From the NCBI GenBank assembly GCA_013239625.1, contig MU053379.1:4960714-5024713 (forward strand): a DNA stretch of 64,000 nucleotides, written 5' to 3'. A program made the position numbers and the translations under genes. Numbering within the stretch: the first letter of the stretch is position 1; the number at the start of each line of letters is the position of its first letter. The DNA comes from Lama guanicoe (lineage: Eukaryota). Shown one piece after another: positions 35,801 through 47,883 of this stretch. The notes under the pieces are model-generated. The model did not search any database. It worked only from the letters and a program-made list of their open reading frames with translations, and had not been told where the DNA came from.

Positions 35801-38800
35801 GTCAACCTCCAATTACTAAACTAAGCTGAGCAGAACAGCAGACACCTCCTGGATTCCAGTGTGGACAGTTACTACTGCGGACACCATGGCAGAATGACCC
35901 CTGCCCTCCTCCCCATCACAGCTCTGTGCTGGATGCTCTGACTGTGCACGTCTTTCAGGTAAGGAGGCAAAGATGTGGGGACGTCCAACAATCACGTGAA
36001 CTGCCCCAGGTCAACCCTCTGCCAAGCGGGAGAGCCAGGACTTGAACCCAAATACTGTGGGGCCACAGCTGGACCCTAGGCCGCCACCTGCCCCAAGCCC
36101 CTCCCCAAGCCTCCATCCTCTCTCCACATCCATCACCACACTGGGGTCAGACCAAGCTCCCACTTGCTGGAGTAAAATGTATTTTTCATTCTGAGGCTAT
36201 TCAGCATCCAGAGGAGTCTGGGGGTGTCCTAAAGCAGTGGCCCCTAAAAAACATTCCACTCTCTGGCAACTCTGTTTCCACCTGGGCCCGCCGCCAAGGA
36301 CTGAGGGGGAAGAGACGGCTTTTGTGCAGAAGCAGTGGTGAGTGTCCATGGCTGCCCCACTCCCTGGTGCCCCTCTCCCCGCTGTTCCCTGGCATGACTG
36401 GGCCTCGTTCACAGATGCCTGGGCCGCCACGGCCTGCCCTTTCCCTCCAGCCTTCCACCGGCTGGGGGAAGAAAACAGCGACGCCCTCGGGCAAATGCCT
36501 TTGAAGCAAGAACTGGCTGGCGGTTCCTGTGGTTTGCTTCCAATAACTGGACACTGGCCTCCACCTCTGGGGTCTCCCCCACCTTTCTGGGGCCCTCCCC
36601 ACACCCCCACCCATCCTCGTTCCACAGCCACAGTGACCAGCCACGGAGGCCCAGTCCCCAGGGCGAGGCCTTCCCAGGCCCCCCTCCCCAGCCGGAAAGA
36701 CCTTGCCTGTGCCACACGCAGCGTGCCTCGCACGCATCAGCTAATTTAAGGCCTGCGACAAGCCTGGCGGGGGGGCCGGTCGTTACCACCACCTTGTGGT
36801 GGAGAAAACTGAGGTCAGAGCTGCACCTAGTCCGGCAGGAAGTGGAGGGCAGGACCCGAATCGCGACATCAGGCTGGAGGCAGCAAACTCATGGTGCAGA
36901 AAACAAGACGTCCAGGCGTTCCCTGTGTTTGTCTGACGGGAAGCCCCAGGTGGGCCCCAGGTGGGCCCCAGGAACACGCATTTCCCTTCTTCCCTCTCTG
37001 ACCTCCCCCTTCCTCCTCAGCCCTTCGCTCACTTCAGCCCATCAAAAGAGCTCCTGGCCACACTCCTCAGGCCCCACCTGTGAGTCCGAAGAACCCCAAG
37101 GGCAAAACGAACTCGGGAGCGAGCAGAGCACCCAGCACCGACCGAGCGCGGAGCCCCGGGGCCGCGAGAGGCCTCGGGACAGCGCGTGTGGCCTCCCCTC
37201 GTGGACGGGAGACGCCGGCAGGTGCAAGCAGGTGTGTTGCTTGGGCGCCAGTGAGGTGACTGGGGGATGACAGACCATGCTGGCCAAAGGTCGTGGGAAG
37301 GGTCACTCCGTGCAGGCGGGAGCTGCTGCGACTTCCATTGCCAGCGGTAAGCGTTACGTCCTCCACTGGCAACTGAGCAGACCTCTAACAGCAAATGATA
37401 ACTGCTTTTAGCCAGTTCGCAGCTGCAGTGCCTGCACGATCACCATCCCGACTCACAAGCAGGCACCGGGGCCCTGGGCAGGGAGCAAAGGGCTCTTCCA
37501 GGGAGGCAGGCCTGCAGGGTCCCACAGGCAGACTCCCAGGCCACGACCTCCCCGCGCAGAACACAGCCTCTCCCCCCTGAAGGAGGCCCGTGCCCCTCCC
37601 ACTGTGCTCAGCCCTGCCAGCCCCACTAAGGCACCTCCTACTGCACTAGTTACACATCTGCTGCTGGCTTACTGCGCTTCACCTGCGCCCTTCTCAGACG
37701 CCATCGCTGGCACTGTCTGCTGGCAGCTCGCCAGCCCAGCCCCAGGTCACCTGCAGCATCTGTAGACAGTTCCCAGCACATCTTAGCACCTGCCATTCTG
37801 CCTGACCCCATTCACAGGTCCCGGGAGTGTCCCCGCCAGGCCTGGGGCTCCGGGGGAAGGCAAGGCCCCCAGCAGCAGCCCTCCAGGATGGTTGGGAGTT
37901 GGTGGGTTCGGACCCCAGCATCCTTGCCCATCAGGCTGAGGTGGGATCTGCAAGTCGCTCCAGGAGCCCATCAGGATGGAGCCCCCACAAGCCCCACTCG
38001 GCATCACAGCCTTCCCTGTGTCCTGCTCCCTCACCAGGGCTGCCTGGTCTCACCTTCCAGACGAACTAGCTCACCCCAATCCCTGTCTACCCTCCTAGAC
38101 GGTAAGTCCCACAAGAGCAGGGCCGGGCCGTCCAGCTTCACCGTCTGCCTGGCGCCCAGCGCACGGCCCGCACGGAGTGAGCGCCCGGCCATGATGAGCA
38201 AGTGGAGGCACCCATGGTGGGTGGAGAGGCACCGCGTGCAGCAGCCTGACTTCACTCCCTCGTCCTCAGGAGTCCCGTCCCCCATCCTGGGGGGCCCTCG
38301 AGTCCTGGGCCAAGGAAGGTGGGCTGAGAGCACTGCGCTCCGCTGAGACCCAGTGCTGGAGGGGCAGGAAGCAGCCCCATGTTGGAGCCACAGCCCAGCC
38401 CTGGGACTGGGCCTCCCAGTGTGAGGATGAGCTGCGGGCTGTCTGCCTGCCTGGCGCCTCTTTCTGCAAAGCTGGTTGGGCCACTGCTTCCAGCACAGGC
38501 CCCAAGACGCCTGCCGCGGAGCGGCCGCCTGCAACTGCGCTGTCTTCCCCTCATGGAGGCTCAGGGCCGAGCACTCGGCTAAGCTGGTCCGATTGCGGAA
38601 TCTCCCCCGTTCCAGCTCATTCCCCCAGTCACGCTCATTAGCGGCACCTGCACATCCACAGGCGGGTCCTCATTAAAGAGCAGAGGGGGAAGCAGGAAGG
38701 AAGGTATGACTGGGAATCCACTGGAGCTGGCGCAGGCTTCCTGAGCACAACAAAGATGCCTCTGTTCCAGGGCAGCTCCCCAGAGGGAGAGGGAATGGCA

Positions 38801-39114
38801 AACATTGGGCCGTTTTATTCTTGAAGCTCAATTACTGGCAAGTCTCTCCCTTGCCCAGGGCTCCAGCGTTCCCCGCGTTGGTTTCTGTCCCTGGGCCCCT
38901 GCACGTGGAGGGCCTCCTCCTGCGCTGGGAGCGCACTGAGTCCCCGCCCCAGGACCCTGCTTTTCATTTGTTCTGGGAGTTTATCAGACTTCTTCCTTTT
39001 GGGTGTGGCCACCCCTCCGCTCCTCCTCAGCCTTTCCTCCTCGAACTCCCGTCATTCTTGGCTTGGATGTTCCTCCTCTCTCCTCCACGCTCTTGAAGCC
39101 CTTTCTTCCTTTTC

Positions 39115-41900
39115 TTTTACATTTTTTTACTGAGTCACAGTCATTTTACAATGTTGTGCCAAATTCCAGTGTAGAGCAGTTTTTCAGTTGCACGTGAACA
39201 TACATACATTCATTGTCACATTCTTCTTTGTGAGCTGCTGCAAGATCTTGCACGCACTTGCCTGTGCTGCACAGTGTAATCTTGTCTCTTAAGGCTCGTT
39301 CCTGTTTTCCGTCTTCTTACTTTTGCCTGGGCTCTGACTTGACACCCCCTGAGTCTCTCTTGAGCTGCGTCTCCTGTGCATGGGAAACAGCCCACTGTGT
39401 CTTGGGAGCGGGGCTGTGTCTTCATCTCTGTCTGATAGACGCGCGGGTATTTCAGAGCCCCGCGGACGGGTTTGGGGAGGGCACACCCTGCCGCCTGTCC
39501 TTTCCGCTGACTCCTGCTCACAGCCGTTTTGTCTTGGTTTGTGTTGACTTCATTTTAGAGCAGGTTTGGGTTCACAGCGGAGCTGAGTGGAAGGTGCACA
39601 CATTCCCACGTGCCCTCACACGCACAGCCTCCCCCACTATCTGCGTCCCCACCAGTTGGTGCATTTTTCACAGCCGAGGAACCCGCGTGGACACAGTGTC
39701 ATCGTCACCCACGTCCACGGTCGGCATCACAGCTGCCTCTTGGTGTATATGCTATGGGTTTGGGCAAGTGTGTGGTGACGCGTCCACCACTGTGGTGTCG
39801 TCCGGGGTGGTGACACTGCCCGCTGTTCATGTCCCCTCTTCCACCCCCACCCCCGCCAGCAACCACTGATGTTTCCTGTCTCCATACTTTCGCATTTCCC
39901 AGAACGTGATGGGACTGGAATCATGTAGCCTTCTCAGACTGGCTTCTCTCATTAGTAGTATGCATTTAAACTTCCTCCATGTCTTCATGGTTTGATAGCT
40001 CATTTCTTTTATATTTTTAATTTTAATTCTATTTTTTATTGACGTATAGTCAGTTACAGTGTGTCAGTTTCTGGGGAACAGCGCCACGTCTCAGTCCTGC
40101 ATGTACGTACACATACTCGTTTTCATATTCGTTTTCGTTAAAGGTGATTACAAGATACTGAATACAGTTCCCTGTGCTGTGCAGCAGGCTCTTGTCTACT
40201 TTCACATTTAGTGGCTAACATCTGCAAATGTCAAACTCCCCCGCCTGTAGGCGTAAGACCGTCTGCTGTGTCTGTGAACCTGGTTCTTCTGGGCATGAGT
40301 TCATAGTGTCTTCTCTTTCTCTTTTTTTCCAGGGTGTTTTTTATTGCAGCTATTTTACTCTTCAGCTCTGTTTGGTTCTTCTTTACGTTTCCTAGGTCTT
40401 TGTTAGAACCTTCCAGCTTCTCACTGTGTTCTTCCTTCCGTGAGATCTGAGCGTCTTCATGGTCGACCCCTTGCAGTCTCTGTTGGGTAGGGTGCTTATC
40501 TTTTTCTTTTGTTGAGAACGTATTCCTGTGTTGCCTCATTTTGCCTAATTCTCTGTTTTCATTTGTCCGCACTTGTGCGATTGGTTGCATCTCCCGATCT
40601 TGGAGAAGTGGCTTTATCGAGGAGACATCTGTGGGTTCATGAGTTCCAGCAGCACACCCCTCGGGTCCCCAGAGCCAGGCGCTCTAGGGGCGCCCTCCGT
40701 GTGGCTGCACGTGCCCTTCCGTTGCAGTGGGCTGATGCTGTGGGTGGTCTGGTAGGCACGGCTGGCCCCTGGTCTGGTCGGTTGCCAGACCCTGCCTGTG
40801 TGGAGACTGCCGGTCACTGGGTTCTGGGGCTGGGTCACAAGGCTGTGGCTGCGGGTCTCCTTGGGAACCAGGGACAAGTGCTGGCCCACTGGTGGGCAGA
40901 GCTGGGTCCTGGGGTGGCTGGATGCTAAACTGGGGGTACCAGAGCTCAGGTCAGCCCTCTGGTCGGTGGGGTCCTGGCTCAGGGGCTTCTGGGCTTGTGT
41001 GGGCCTCCTGGTAGGTGGGGCCAGTTACGAACATGGCTGGTTATAGGACGCAGGGTGTCCCAGCCCTAATGAGGGCCCACTGGTGGGCACGGCTGCGTCC
41101 CAGGGCAGCTGGCTGAGGGGCTAAGGTGTTGAGGAGCTGATGGCAGCCCTTGGTGGGCGGGGCTGGGGCTGGGGCCCGCGGGGTCCAGGGCTGGTGCTGG
41201 CCTGCGGAAGGTGGGCCTGGTCCTGAGGGCTGGCTGGGAGGCGGCAGAGGTCCCGGACTGGTAGCTGCTCACTGGCTGCTTGGCCTGAGGTGACCCCGGA
41301 CTGGTGCCAGCCGGCTGGTAGATGGGGCCAGGTCCTGCAGTAAGAAGCTAGAGGTGGGACTCCAGCGCCCCTGTCCTCCTGGAAGGACAAGCTCCCCGAA
41401 GTGGCTGCCACTGGCGTCTGTGTCCGCTGGGGAGTCCTGCCGGAGGCTCTGCAAGGTTAGCAGGTGGGGCTGAGCCGGGCTTCTCTCATGTCAGCGCTCC
41501 TGCCCTGGGTCCTGGAGGGTGTGCGGCCTGTGTGCACCCTTAGGAGGGAAGGTCCTCTCCTGCTCTCCCCTCACCGGCTCTCCTGCACACAAGCCCCACT
41601 GGCCTCCAAAACCAGATGTTCTGGGGGCTGGTCCTCCGGGTAAAGGACCCCCGGGCTGGGGCCTGACGTGGGGCTCAGACCCCTCATTCCTTGGCAGGGG
41701 AAGCTCTGTAATATTGTCCTCCCGTGGGTGGGTCAGCTCCCCAGGGACGAGTGAGGGTCCTGACAATTCCCCATGTCTCCCACCACCTCCTTGTGGTTCC
41801 TTCTTTATGTCTTTAGTTGCACAAGATCCTCCGGTCTTCAGCTTGCTGTCGTGGACGGCTGTGAGCTTTGCCTGTGGGAGGAGGTGAGCTCAGGGTCTTC
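39115..41900 (-). mobile_element. Cluster of antisense L1 fragments: 3' ends at about 39115-39290, 39545-40010 and 40015-40320, and a 5'UTR/ORF1-like piece at about 40325-41900
   Basis: Recognisable L1 3' UTR termini. The minus frame at 40231-40590 reads KMRQHRN...KEKDK...NVKKNQTELKSKIAAIKNTLE, like the L1 ORF1p coiled coil. Confidence 0.78.
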
Positions 41901-41909
41901 CCACTCCCT

Positions 41910-43310
41910 CCTGGAGAATACACACTTTTCAACAAATGATGCTGTAATAATTTGACATCTTCAGGCAAAAAAAAAAAAAAGAGCTTAGACACAGACCTTA
42001 CACCTTATCTCAAAATTAACTCAAGAGGGATTGTAGACTTAGATATAAAGTGCAAAACCATAAAGCTTCCAGACGATGATGTAGAGAAAACCTAGGTGAC
42101 TTTGCGTTTGGAAATGAACTTTTACAAACAACCCCAAAAGCACTACCCATGAGAGAAAAAATGAGGTCGAACTTTGTGAAAATTAAGAATGTCTGCTCTG
42201 TGAAAGGCACTGTTAAGAGAATGAGAAGACAAGACACAGACTAGGAGGAAATATTTGCAAAAGACACCTCTTTAAAGAACCTGGATCCGGAATCTAGAAA
42301 GAGCACTTTACACAGAACATGAAGAAAACAAGCAACCCAACCTAAAAATGGGCAAAAGGTCTGCACAGATGCCTCACCCAGGAGGCCAGGCGGGTGGCAA
42401 ATAATTATGTGAAATGATGATCAACATCATATGTTGCTAGGGAAACGCAATTTAACACAGCAGTGAGATGCCGCGATGCACCTACGGAACGCCTAAACTC
42501 TGGACGCTGACCACCAGCGGCTGCCCGAATGTGGAACCACAGAGCCCCATGGTCACTGCTGTCAGGGACGCAAGATGGTTCCATCACCTTGAAGACAGTT
42601 TGGCAGTTTCTGACGCAGCTCACACAGTCTTAACATACCATCCAGCAGTCACGCTGCCTGGTATTTACCCAACTGAGTCGACAATTTATGCCCTCACCAA
42701 AACCTATATATGAATCTTATAGCCACTTTTTCATAATAGCCCCAACCTGGAAGCAACCAAGATGGCCCTTCAGTTGATGAATATGTAAACAAAGTGTCAC
42801 TCACACTGAAACGGCATGCTATTCAGTGCTGAAAATAAATGGGCTGTCAAGCCATGAGAAGGCACGGAGGAAACTTAAATGCGTGTCTGTAAGTGAAGGC
42901 AGCCAGTCTGAAATGCTGCACGTGGTACGTGATCTCCATGACTACACTCTGTGACCTCCTGGAGAAAGCAAAGCTGCCGAGACAGTAGGATCTGGGGGCG
43001 GCAGGGGCTGAGGGCAGGGATGGGGGGTGACTGGGTGGAGCACAAGGGCTTTCCAGGCAGTGGAACTACTCTGTGTGCACTGTAACGGTACCCAGGTGAC
43101 AGCATGCATGTGTCAAAGTCTGTGAAATGCACAACACCAAGAGTGACCCCTTTTGTAAACTGTGGACTTTACTCAACAGTAATGTACCAGTATTGGCTCA
43201 TCCGTTGCAACGAGTGTCCCTCACTAATGCAAGATGCTAATAACAGGGAAAATAGCGGGGGTGTGGAGAGGGGTATGTACATATATATACGGGAATTCTC
43301 TGTACTTTGT
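41910..43310 (+). mobile_element. Old L1 (L1MB/L1MC-like) ORF2 C-terminal region plus 3' UTR, decayed
   Basis: caaaattaactcaaga...aaatatttgcaaa...aaaatgggcaaa...catagcc...ggaagcaacca...tgtaaactgtggacttt...ggaattctctgtacttt. Confidence 0.85.
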
Positions 43311-44109
43311 TTTTTGAAAAAACAACTTTGTTGAGGTATAATTTCTATACAGTTAGCTACACGTATTTCAGATGAATAACTGGATGAATGCTGATAGATG
43401 CATACACCAATGAAGCCACATGGGTTCCATGCCCGGGAAGGGCGCCACTGGGCCGTGAGCTTCTGGAACCTATGCCCAGACTACACCCCATGCCAGGCCA
43501 CCACAGAGAGCTTTGAGGGCCAGTGAGAGACCCACCTGCATGAGGACCCCACCAGACTGGGGACAAAAAGCCTTTCCCTGTAAGTTAAGCTGGAACAGAA
43601 GGAGCCTTGGGGCTTCCTGGATACGATTGCCTGGGTTCCTCAGTACCCGTGAGAGGACGTGCGAGGGACGGTTCAGGGAGAGAGAAGTCTGGGGGACATG
43701 GACGCAGGCCCCCACCGCTGGGCTGTACACCACTGACCACAGCCCCGTCACAGGCATCTCACCCTGATGGGTAAGGCTGAGGCTCAGAGAGGCTGTGTGC
43801 CTCCAGAAGTCACCCAGCATTGGGAGCTGGGCTTAGCCCACTGCCTCATCCCCAAGGTCTCCCCACCCCTGCACCGTCCCCCTCTCCTGATCTGAGAGTC
43901 AGGCAGCCCGGGGCTGCACTAGGCCTCCACGAGCCCTGACAGTGGGGAACACAGGAGAAATGTTGACCTCTCTTTTTTTCATCAAAAGTGTAAATAGTAA
44001 CAAAGAATATTATTTCCAGATACTGTAAATATCAATATTTTAAAATAAAATTATTCTAGTACTGTCTCCAGTGTCATGTAAATAAAAGGCAGTTTGATGC
44101 CTAATATGA

Positions 44110-44766
44110 CCCATTTACGTCACCATATACATCACCACATACACCACCATGTACATCACCACATGCACCACCATGTACATCACCATGTACAGCACCACTT
44201 ACACCACCATATACATCACCACATACACCACCATGTACATCACCACATGCACCACCATGTACATCACCATGTACAGCACCACTTACACCACCATATACAT
44301 CACCACATACACCACCATGTACATCACCACATGCACCACCATGTACATCACAATGTACACCACCACGTACACCACCACGTACATCACCACGTACACCACC
44401 ATGTACATCACCATGTACACCGTCATGTACATCACCATGTACAGCACCACTTACACCACCATATACATCACCACATACACCACCATGTACATCACCACAT
44501 GCACCACCATGTACATCACCATGTACACCACCACGTACACCACCATGTACATCACCACATGCACCACCATGTACATCATCATGTACATCACCATGTACAC
44601 CACCACATACATCACCATGTACATCACCATGTACACCACCACGTACACCACCATGTACATCACCACGTACAGCACCATGTACATCACCATGTACACCGTC
44701 ATGTACATCACCATGTACAGCACCACTTACACCACCATGTACAGCACCACATACAGCACCATGTAC
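44110..44766. repeat. 12-bp-unit minisatellite (consensus CACCATGTACAY, about 54 units) with 84-bp higher-order structure
   Basis: Variant units caccatgtacat / caccacatacac / caccacatgcac / cagcaccactta repeat directly. Confidence 0.97.
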
Positions 44767-46290
44767 CAAATTTTTGTCCAAATTGTAGGATAAGGTGAAC
44801 TTCAGTTGCATTCTTTTAATCAATGAGTGTGTTTCTGCAAATATAGTTATGTTGAAATGAAGTTTTAAAAAGAAAATAAAAAAGCAGTAACGAGTTTCTT
44901 TACCAGTCGGAAATTTAGCATTTTTTTTCACTCCGTGAATTTGTATTTTCATTCTGCTTCTCCCTTAAAATTTGATCCTAGTATTGAATACATTTTGTGC
45001 TTGGATATCTTTCATTAAGCATTTTGTCTTATGTCTTGGTACCAAAAATACATCATTTTAATCTCAACTAAAAAAATTTTCCCACCACCAATCGACTCTG
45101 CATTTTTGAAAATGTCTTCTGAGTTGAATTGTAATGATTATTATTAATGCACAATTGAGCAATACATCATAAATATACTTAAATTTTAAATTTAAATTTA
45201 AAAACTTCAGTTTTATTGGAATTGGGGAAACAAAATTTTTTTTGATTATATACATGGATGAGTTCTGCTCGTGGCTAGGCAGAGACAGTTTATAGCATTC
45301 ATTTCATTTTATTTCTCATTTTCTATCTAAGGGGCATCGAGAGAGCCTGGTCACGTAAGGAGGTGGTCTAGAGGCAGCTTCTTCATGGCCATACCGTTTG
45401 GTTATCTGAACCCCTTCCCGATTACACACCCCAAAAGTATTTTCGAGTGTCATCTATTAGCTGACAGCCTAATCAGTTTGTTAAACCAAAGAATAAAAAA
45501 CTGCTTGGCATGCAGTATTCTTCTTATCCTGTCATTAGGATCTTCAACTTTTTCATTCTCAAGAAAGTATAACCAAAAAGACCACTGAGAGCTGTCAAAT
45601 GACTATTAATTGTATCTTTTACTCTTTCTCTGGTGGGCACATTGATAATGACCATCCAGTAAGAGCCATTACAGGAACAAAACTGTGAAGCCAAGGTAAA
45701 ATTGGAAAATGTACGTGTTAGAAATATTCCTGGCAGCTCTGAATAAAAACCAACACAGTCCATCTACTTCCATTTTGCATGTTAAAGTGCTTAAAAATAA
45801 AACGCGTGACAGATGGACAGAGAGGTGGATATTCGGGTATACAAACACACACTCAGAAATTGACTCCATAGTTACTTTTATGACAAGTTTAGAGCAGCCT
45901 CTCCCATCTGAGAGGGAGGAATTAATCCTCCTCAAATGAAGCCGGTTTTCTCAAATTCAGGGAACTGATTCCCAGATGACGTGTAGGAAGATGCTCATCC
46001 TGCACACGCACACCATGTACGTTTGCCGGGGCATGAGCGCGGTAATCTGGCCCAGGCACCAGCGTCCGCGAGGCCACCGAGCGGGTCCCTCCCACGGTGC
46101 GCCCACCAGAGGAGGGGCAGCTCCTGAGACTTGTACCCAAGTTAAAATGTATTTTTATTTACATTTTGTATTTCGTGGATTTCTAGTACCCAACAACCTT
46201 TGGGTAAAAGTCAATGAACATATTTCTCCTATAAGCCTAGTTGGATGTTTTAAAAATACACAAAGTAGGAATGTATTTCTAACATATGCC

Positions 46291-46423
46291 TTTTTTTTTT
46301 AGGTAAAGATAGATTTATTTAGAGAGATACATACTATGTAGAGTGCAGGCTGCTTCAGAAGATGAGAGAAAGGCCATGAGGTGTTGGGGTTGGCACTCAG
46401 GTTCAAGTGCAAGTAGACACACA
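46291..46423 (-). mobile_element. Polyadenylated retrocopy of an ERV LTR (family B) 3' transcript end, flanked by TSDs
   Basis: Aligns to the LTR at about 22885-22994, ends 13 nt after AATAAA in poly(A), and has TSD tctaacatatgcctttt / tctaacgtatgtctttt. Confidence 0.8.
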
Positions 46424-46889
46424 TCTAACGTATGTCTTTTTACTTGCAGCTAGAATGTTGGTCGGTCGGAAGTAAAGGTGAAAGCTTTCCCCTGCTTTGC
46501 CTGGATACCAGACGTGCAGCAGAGACACCCCCACCCACTCCAAGTTTCCCGTAACTGAGAAGGCGGGGGGTGCAGAGCTGACACCCTTCCTAGCACACTG
46601 CTATTCCCAAGACGGTTTCTCGTATGTCAAATGTTCTGATTCAAAGGAAGTGTAGTTGGATGTTGGGTGCAGGCCCAAGTGACTTCTGAGCTGGTGCTGC
46701 CAACCCCTGACTGCTGTGAGAGGTGGTGGCTGTGGGCTCCCTGGGGCACCCTTCCCTGGAGAATGCCCCAGGCTGGCTGAGCCTCCTGCCCCAAAATGCC
46801 CAGGGCCCAACTTCCCCCAGGAGCTGCCACAGCCCAACTGAAGGTCCTCAGGTGTGGCCTCTCCCTCAAGATGGGCTCAGGGAGGTACC

Positions 46890-47883
46890 ATTACTGAACT
46901 CAGGTCCAGCTGTTCGCTGCTTGAAAGCCACTACTCAAGAGGTGCGTGTTGGTAGAAAGGAAGGTTTGCTTTATTCTGGAGGCCGGCAACCACTAGAGAG
47001 GGTGGACTCATGTCCAGAGGCCAACTCCCCACAGCCGATTAGCAGGCAAGAAATTTTTTTTTAGTAGACTTTATTCTTTTAGAGCAGTTTCAGGTTCACA
47101 ACAGAATTGAGCAGAAAATACAGAGTTCACACATAGCCCTCCCCACCCACACATACATACTCCCCTACCCTCAAGGTCCCTCATCAGTGTGGCATATTTG
47201 GTTCGATCGCTGAGCCAACACGGGCACATTATTACCAGCCAAAGTCCATAGTTTACATTAGGCTTCACTCTTGCTGTTGTACATTCTATGGGCTTTGACA
47301 AATGCATAATGACGTGTAGCCACCACTACGGTATCACATAGAATAATTTCATTAGCGAGCAAGAGCTTTTAAAGGGAAGTCTCGGGGTGGGGGGCACAGG
47401 TGGAGGGAGGGGCTGTGTGCAGGGCAGCACAGTCAGCTCTGACTGTCAGCCTGGAGTCGGTCATGCAGGGTCTGATCCGTGTCCTCTTGATTGTTTTAAG
47501 TGCAGTTAATCTGCAGTTCCAGGGTCGGTTTCTTCCCAATTCCTTGAGGCCGGTTCTCGGAACTGTGGCAGCTTGCTACAGCCGGGTCACTGTGTGGTTC
47601 ATGTCATCCACCTGGTGGGGTTCAGTGTCTACAAAGCAGCTCAAAGTCGTGGCTCAGAACATTACCTAAGGCCCCCGAGGAGGAGCTAAAGGCCCTCGAC
47701 TTTGTTAATGACAAAGCCGTTGTTACTCTGTTTTGCTTGACAGTTTCCCTTTGTTTCTGTATCTTCTTATTCACCTGATTAAACTTTTTCTTTGACTGAA
47801 GTTTTCCCACAGACGGGAGGCAGACGGGGGACACAGGAGGGGGTCCGTCCCGGGAAGGCCCCAGAGGGTTCTGCTCCATTTCT
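46890..47883 (-). mobile_element. ERV1-class solo LTR interrupted by an L1 3' fragment
   Basis: ttactgaac...ggtagaaaggaaggtttgctttatt...aagagcttttaaaggg...ttaatctgcagttccagggtcgg...ctgctccatttc. Confidence 0.72.
47053..47350 (-). mobile_element. L1MB/L1MC-type 3' end inserted in the LTR
   Basis: Poly-T then tagactttattcttttagagcagtttcaggttcaca... TSD attagcaggcaaga (47038-47051) / attagcgagcaaga (47351-47364). Confidence 0.85.

Noticed and set aside
44094..44952. His-rich 234-aa, Thr/Tyr-rich 214-aa and Gly/Val-rich 283-aa ORFs as genes; also the array as a CRISPR or a mitochondrial control-region NUMT
   Set aside because: The frames are open only because the 12-bp unit lacks stops. There are no unique spacers or cas genes, and the flanks do not resemble mtDNA.
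43975..45310. AT-rich flanks of the minisatellite as a hAT transposase fossil
   Set aside because: The composition is suggestive, but I could not identify terminal inverted repeats or a transposase motif. It needs RepeatMasker.
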